Shown here: positions 63,307-64,000 of the stretch, one piece after another
How the letters are laid out: each line of letters opens with the position of its first letter
How positions within the stretch are numbered: the first letter of the stretch is position 1
DNA from: a virus
Lineage: Duplodnaviria > Caudoviricetes
Reading direction: 5' to 3' (one strand)
IMG/VR virus record: IMGVR_UViG_2866816733_000004
Span: 40,491-104,490 of that record
Length of the DNA stretch: 64,000 nucleotides
The notes under the pieces: model-generated
Told to the model about the DNA's origin: nothing
Database searches by the model: none
What the model saw: only the letters and a program-made list of their open reading frames with translations
Position numbers and translations under genes: made by a program

Positions 63307-64000
63307 GTGCGGGTCTACTCCATCCCGATGCGGACGCGGTTCCGCGGTGTCACGCGGCGGGAGGGCGTCCTGATCCAGGGCCCCGCCGGCTGGGGGGAGT
63401 TCTCGCCGTTCGCCGAGTACGGCCCGGCCGAGTGCGCCCGGTGGCTGGCGGCCGCGCGTGAGGCGGCCCGGGAGGGCTGGCCCGCGCCGGTGCGTGACCG
63501 GGTCCCGGTGAACGTGACGATCCCCGCGGTCGGCCCGGAGCGGGCGTTCGAGATGACGAAGGTGTCGGGCTGCCGCACCGCGAAGGTGAAGGTGGCCGAG
63601 CGCGGGCAGTCCGACGCCGACGACCTGGCGCGGGTGGAGGCCGTCCGCGACGCCATCGGCCCGGACGGCCGGATCCGGGTGGACGCCAACGGCGGCTGGG
63701 ACGTCGAGCACGCCGCGCGGATGATCCGGGCGCTGGACCGGTGGGAGCTGGAGTACGCCGAGCAGCCGTGCGCGACGCTGGAGGAGCTGGGGCGGGTGCG
63801 GCGGCGCGTGGACGTGCCGATCGCGGCGGACGAGTCGATCCGCCGGGCGGAGGACCCGCTGAAGGTCCGCGCCGCCGGCGCCGCGGACGTGGCGGTGCTG
63901 AAGGCGCAGCCGCTGGGCGGGGTCCGGGAGGCGCTGCGGGTCGCCGAGGCGTGCGGGCTGCCGGTGGTGGTGTCGAGCGCGGTGGAGACGTCGGTGGGGC
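63307..64000 (+). CDS. menC: o-succinylbenzoate synthase (host gene, 3'-truncated by window)
   Basis: YSIPMRTRFRGVTRREG...WGEFSPF, PVNVTIPAV, TAKVKVAE, RVDANGGW, EQP, ADESIR, LKAQPLGG, VVSSAVET. Confidence 0.93.
   Translation, partial: MRVYSIPMRTRFRGVTRREGVLIQGPAGWGEFSPFAEYGPAECARWLAAAREAAREGWPAPVRDRVPVNVTIPAVGPERAFEMTKVSGCRTAKVKVAERGQSDADDLARVEAVRDAIGPDGRIRVDANGGWDVEHAARMIRALDRWELEYAEQPCATLEELGRVRRRVDVPIAADESIRRAEDPLKVRAAGAADVAVLKAQPLGGVREALRVAEACGLPVVVSSAVETSVG

Overview
High-GC actinomycete DNA, almost entirely one integrated element or a tandem of elements. 1-22.6 kb is a siphovirus late module on the + strand: intein-split portal, MuF-like protein, scaffold, capsid, a GT4 glycosyltransferase, head-tail genes, major tail, frameshifting tail chaperones, tape measure with a CHAP domain, minor tails and a lysis cassette. 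22.8-35.5 kb is accessory cargo: GntR and XRE regulators, a methyltransferase, a Cre-like tyrosine recombinase, a HEPN-like gene, and a Ro60/TROVE gene preceded by an array of Y-RNA-like structures. 35.5-50 kb resembles a pSAM2-type AICE conjugation module: TraB/FtsK, Spd-like membrane genes, KorSA-like GntR, Nudix genes, dense DNA repeats and iteron-like palindromes. 50-62.8 kb holds an antirepressor and repressor, a toxin-antitoxin array punctuated by a conserved ~55-bp repeat, an Lsr2-like peptide, a Ser/Thr kinase, an ATP-dependent ligase and small early-type genes. Host menC begins at ~63.3 kb. The most notable signals are (1) the Ro60 locus with three Y-like RNAs, one a permuted tRNA-Pro mimic, plus a permuted Ro-binding hairpin next to its own RBS, (2) the phage/TraB conjugation hybrid, and (3) the repeat-delimited TA cassettes. 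All family calls come from motif recognition by eye; no database searches were run.
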